From Macrostomum hystrix (Eukaryota; Animalia; Platyhelminthes), in assembly GCA_950097015.1 (NCBI GenBank), contig CATNEN010000029.1:8556001-8620000 (forward strand): 64,000 nt of DNA, in the 5' to 3' direction. Made by a program: the position numbers and the translations under genes. Within the stretch, counting starts at the first letter, position 1, and every line of letters begins with the position of its first letter. The notes under the pieces are model-generated. The model saw only the letters and a list, made by a program, of their open reading frames with translations. It was not told where the DNA came from and made no database searches. Shown here piece after piece: positions 61,335 to 64,000 of the stretch.

Positions 61335-62372
61335 CACAGCCGATTCCCTACACTCAAACATCAGTCCCACACCGATTCCCCACACTCAAACATCAGTCCC
61401 ACACCGATTCCCCACACTCAAACATCAGTCCCACACCGATTCCCCACACTCAAACGTCAGTCCCACACCGATTCCCCACACTCAAACATCAGTCCCACAC
61501 CGATTCCCTACACTCAAACATCAGTCCCACACCGATTCCCCACACTCAAACATCAGTCCCACACCGATTTCCCACACTCAAACATCAGTCCCACACCGAT
61601 TCCCTACACTCAAACATCAGTCCCACACCGATTCCCCACACTCAAACATCAGTCCCACACCGACTCCCCACACTCAAACATCAGTCCCACACCGATTCCC
61701 TACACTCAAACATCAGTCCCACACCGATTCCCCACACTCAAACATCAGTCCCACACCGATTCCCCACACTCAAACATCAGTCCCACACCGATTCCCTACA
61801 CTCAAACATCAGTCCCACACCGATTCCCTACACTCAAACATCAGTCCCACACCGATTCCCCACACTCAAACATCAGTCCCACACCGATTCCCCACACTCA
61901 AACATCAGTCCCACACCGATTCCCCACACTCAAACATCAGTCCCACACCGATTCCCTACACTCAAACATCAGTCCCACACCGATTCCCTACACTCAAACA
62001 TCAGTCCCACACCGATTCCCCACACTCAAACATCGGTCCCACACCGATTCCCCACACTGAAACATCAGTCCCACACCGATTCCCCACACTCAAACATCAG
62101 TCCCACACCGATTCCCTACACTCAAACATCAGTCTCACACCGATTCCCCACACTCAAACATCAGTCCTACACCGATTTCCCACACTCAAACATCAGTCCC
62201 ACACCGATTTCCCACACTCAAACATCAGTCCCACACCGATTCCCCACACTCAAACATCAGTCCCACACCGATTCCCCACACTCAAACATCAGTCCCACAC
62301 CGATTCCCCACACTGAAACATCAGTCCCACACCGATTCCCCACACTCAAACATCAGTCCCACACCGATTCCC
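61335..62372. repeat. 32-bp minisatellite (CCACACCGATTCCCCACACTCAAACATCAGTC) x~32
   Basis: Direct periodicity; it accounts for the three overlapping 243-380-aa ORFs. Confidence 0.96.
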
Positions 62373-63199
62373 CCAATTCTTGCGCGCATGGCCTGAGTAA
62401 ACGTATTTTTGCTAAACTGGCCTGCCAATTGAGCAGTGTGCTGTGATCTGACAGGCTTCATCTGAGTCCGCCCAGACAAGATTTACGTCAGCTCAATCAG
62501 CTGTTGATTATTTGCTAGCCGGTTTGAAAGATTTTTCCAGCGACGGATATGGGGTGTCGAATTGAACCACCTGGCCTAATTTACAGCGAAATTTCTGCTA
62601 CAGCAATTACAACTACAACAATGCTGAGGTGAGGAATTTAGCAAGCAGATTAACTCTGGCACGAAGAGTACATTGCCTTGCGATCAGGCCATTTCTTCAC
62701 CAAAAGATGTGAAATGGGCCTGAATCGGTACACGTATTTTTATTAAGCTTAACTTCATTGCTAAGGGGATTAAATATTCGAAAAACTGTTTTAGATAGGA
62801 TTTTTAATGCATTCAATCAGAGCCAGTTTTGTCAACGTGCATACCACTGCCAATTTTTATGATTGCATCAGGGCCAGTTTTGTTAAAAGTGAGTACACTG
62901 ATAAGAATTTCACTGTGTCAACCCCACTGGCGAGACAGTCAGTGTGAATTCATAAACAGATTACATCACAATAAAATTCATCACAGCTTTTCTCACCCCT
63001 GTGTGTGTGTGTGTGTGTGTTTGATTTTAATAGATGAAATGTGCATAGCAGACTTCAATTCAATTCAACGATATATTGCTCAATACTAGCGAGACATCTA
63101 CTCCTTTCTTACTACAACATAACTGAATCATCAAACCTTGTCTCTATTTCAATCGAGAAAAGTGAACAACATTTTTCTAAATAATCGTGTCAAACAGTT

Positions 63200-64000
63200 A
63201 TTTGACACTGTATAATAGAGGCCAGTGCCTCTGTTGGGATTTCAACCTGACACTTAAATTCTATTCGCAATTTGATGCCGTAGTTGTTCGCTGCAAAAGC
63301 TTCAGTGTCTCGTTGAAGTATGAACTGAAAGCTGTGTCATCGTCTCTCGTTCAAGTGCTGGAGCTAGAAAACGTTTCCGTCACGGATCCGTCAGTTCAAT
63401 TTGTCTTATCGCAACTGCAGCTATTGTCAGAAAGTCCTACGAGTCGTCAGTATGAGTTAGCCACACTAAGACAGTCTGCTTTAATTTACCTGATATGTAG
63501 TTCGGCGTACTCGCAGCTTCGTAATCTGCTACCTCTTCCCCATCAGCGGACACTGCGAACACATTTGGCTGGACTTGGAGAAGTTGGAACACGCGGACTC
63601 CGAAGAGACCATTCGGACAGTTTTTACAACGTTACGTGGACCTCAGCTAAAATGCGTAGCATTACGTCCAACCGTCCAACCGTCAGTCAGGTTTAGGTGC
63701 AAACATTTGTTCGGTTACGCAGAGGACAGTCCAGCAAAGGCAGCTCGCAGCATTCTAGCCATAATGCTGAAACCATTGACTGGGGCAAGCCCATCATTCT
63801 ACGGCTTATTCCTATTTATCTGCTCAAAGCAGAATTTCTAAAGCAAAGCATCAGTAACTGCATCGAGCAGGTGAACAGGCATGGTGGTTCTGTATTTGCA
63901 CTGTTTGGTGACAATCACCCAACAAATAGAAGGTGCTTTGCCATGTTTAAGGATCTGTCACAGACCAAGGATCGGATTGGAATTGATGCGAATCATCCAA
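63200..64000 (+). pseudogene. Decayed P-element/THAP9-type transposase, running off the window end
   Basis: RQYELATLRQSALIYLICSSAYSQLRNLLPLPHQRTLR, then across frameshifts VQPSVRFRCKHLFGYAEDSPAKAARSILAIMLKPL and RLIPIYLLKAEFL...GGSVFALFGDNHPTN. Confidence 0.72.

Overview
Eukaryotic (animal) genomic DNA, almost certainly a flatworm. The gene set (EF-hand+dynein-light-chain 'TAL' protein, GAPR-1-type VAL protein), GC-rich codon usage with CAG/GCC runs and minisatellite-filled introns suggest a free-living macrostomid such as Macrostomum; this species call is inference. Seven spliced host genes can be reconstructed by hand from GT-AG junctions with matching phases: a divergent casein-kinase-1-family kinase (+), an NK1/slouch homeobox gene (+), a two-exon EF-hand/DLC fusion (TAL family, -), an NPY/RFamide-type GPCR (+), a double-CAP-domain GAPR-1/VAL protein (+), a phospholipid scramblase (-) and part of a TMEM26-family gene (-). 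Mobile DNA includes two tRNA-derived SINE families (one with a CORE/MIR-like centre), a rearranged Ty3/Gypsy element with an extra 3' ORF, a long-TIR DNA element carrying an intron-containing Ulp1 protease remnant with a hAT MITE nested in its TIR, a probable solo LTR inside a satellite, an intron-containing Crypton-type tyrosine recombinase and a decayed P-element/THAP9-type transposase. About 14 unrelated minisatellite arrays occupy roughly 14 kb, mostly in introns. Most notable: the TAL fusion hidden by an intron, and a 47-bp array that repeats a splice acceptor + ATG + 3-codon stop 11 times in front of the real first coding exon of the CAP gene. Several single-base frameshifts in otherwise intact genes look like homopolymer assembly errors, so pseudogene calls here are provisional.
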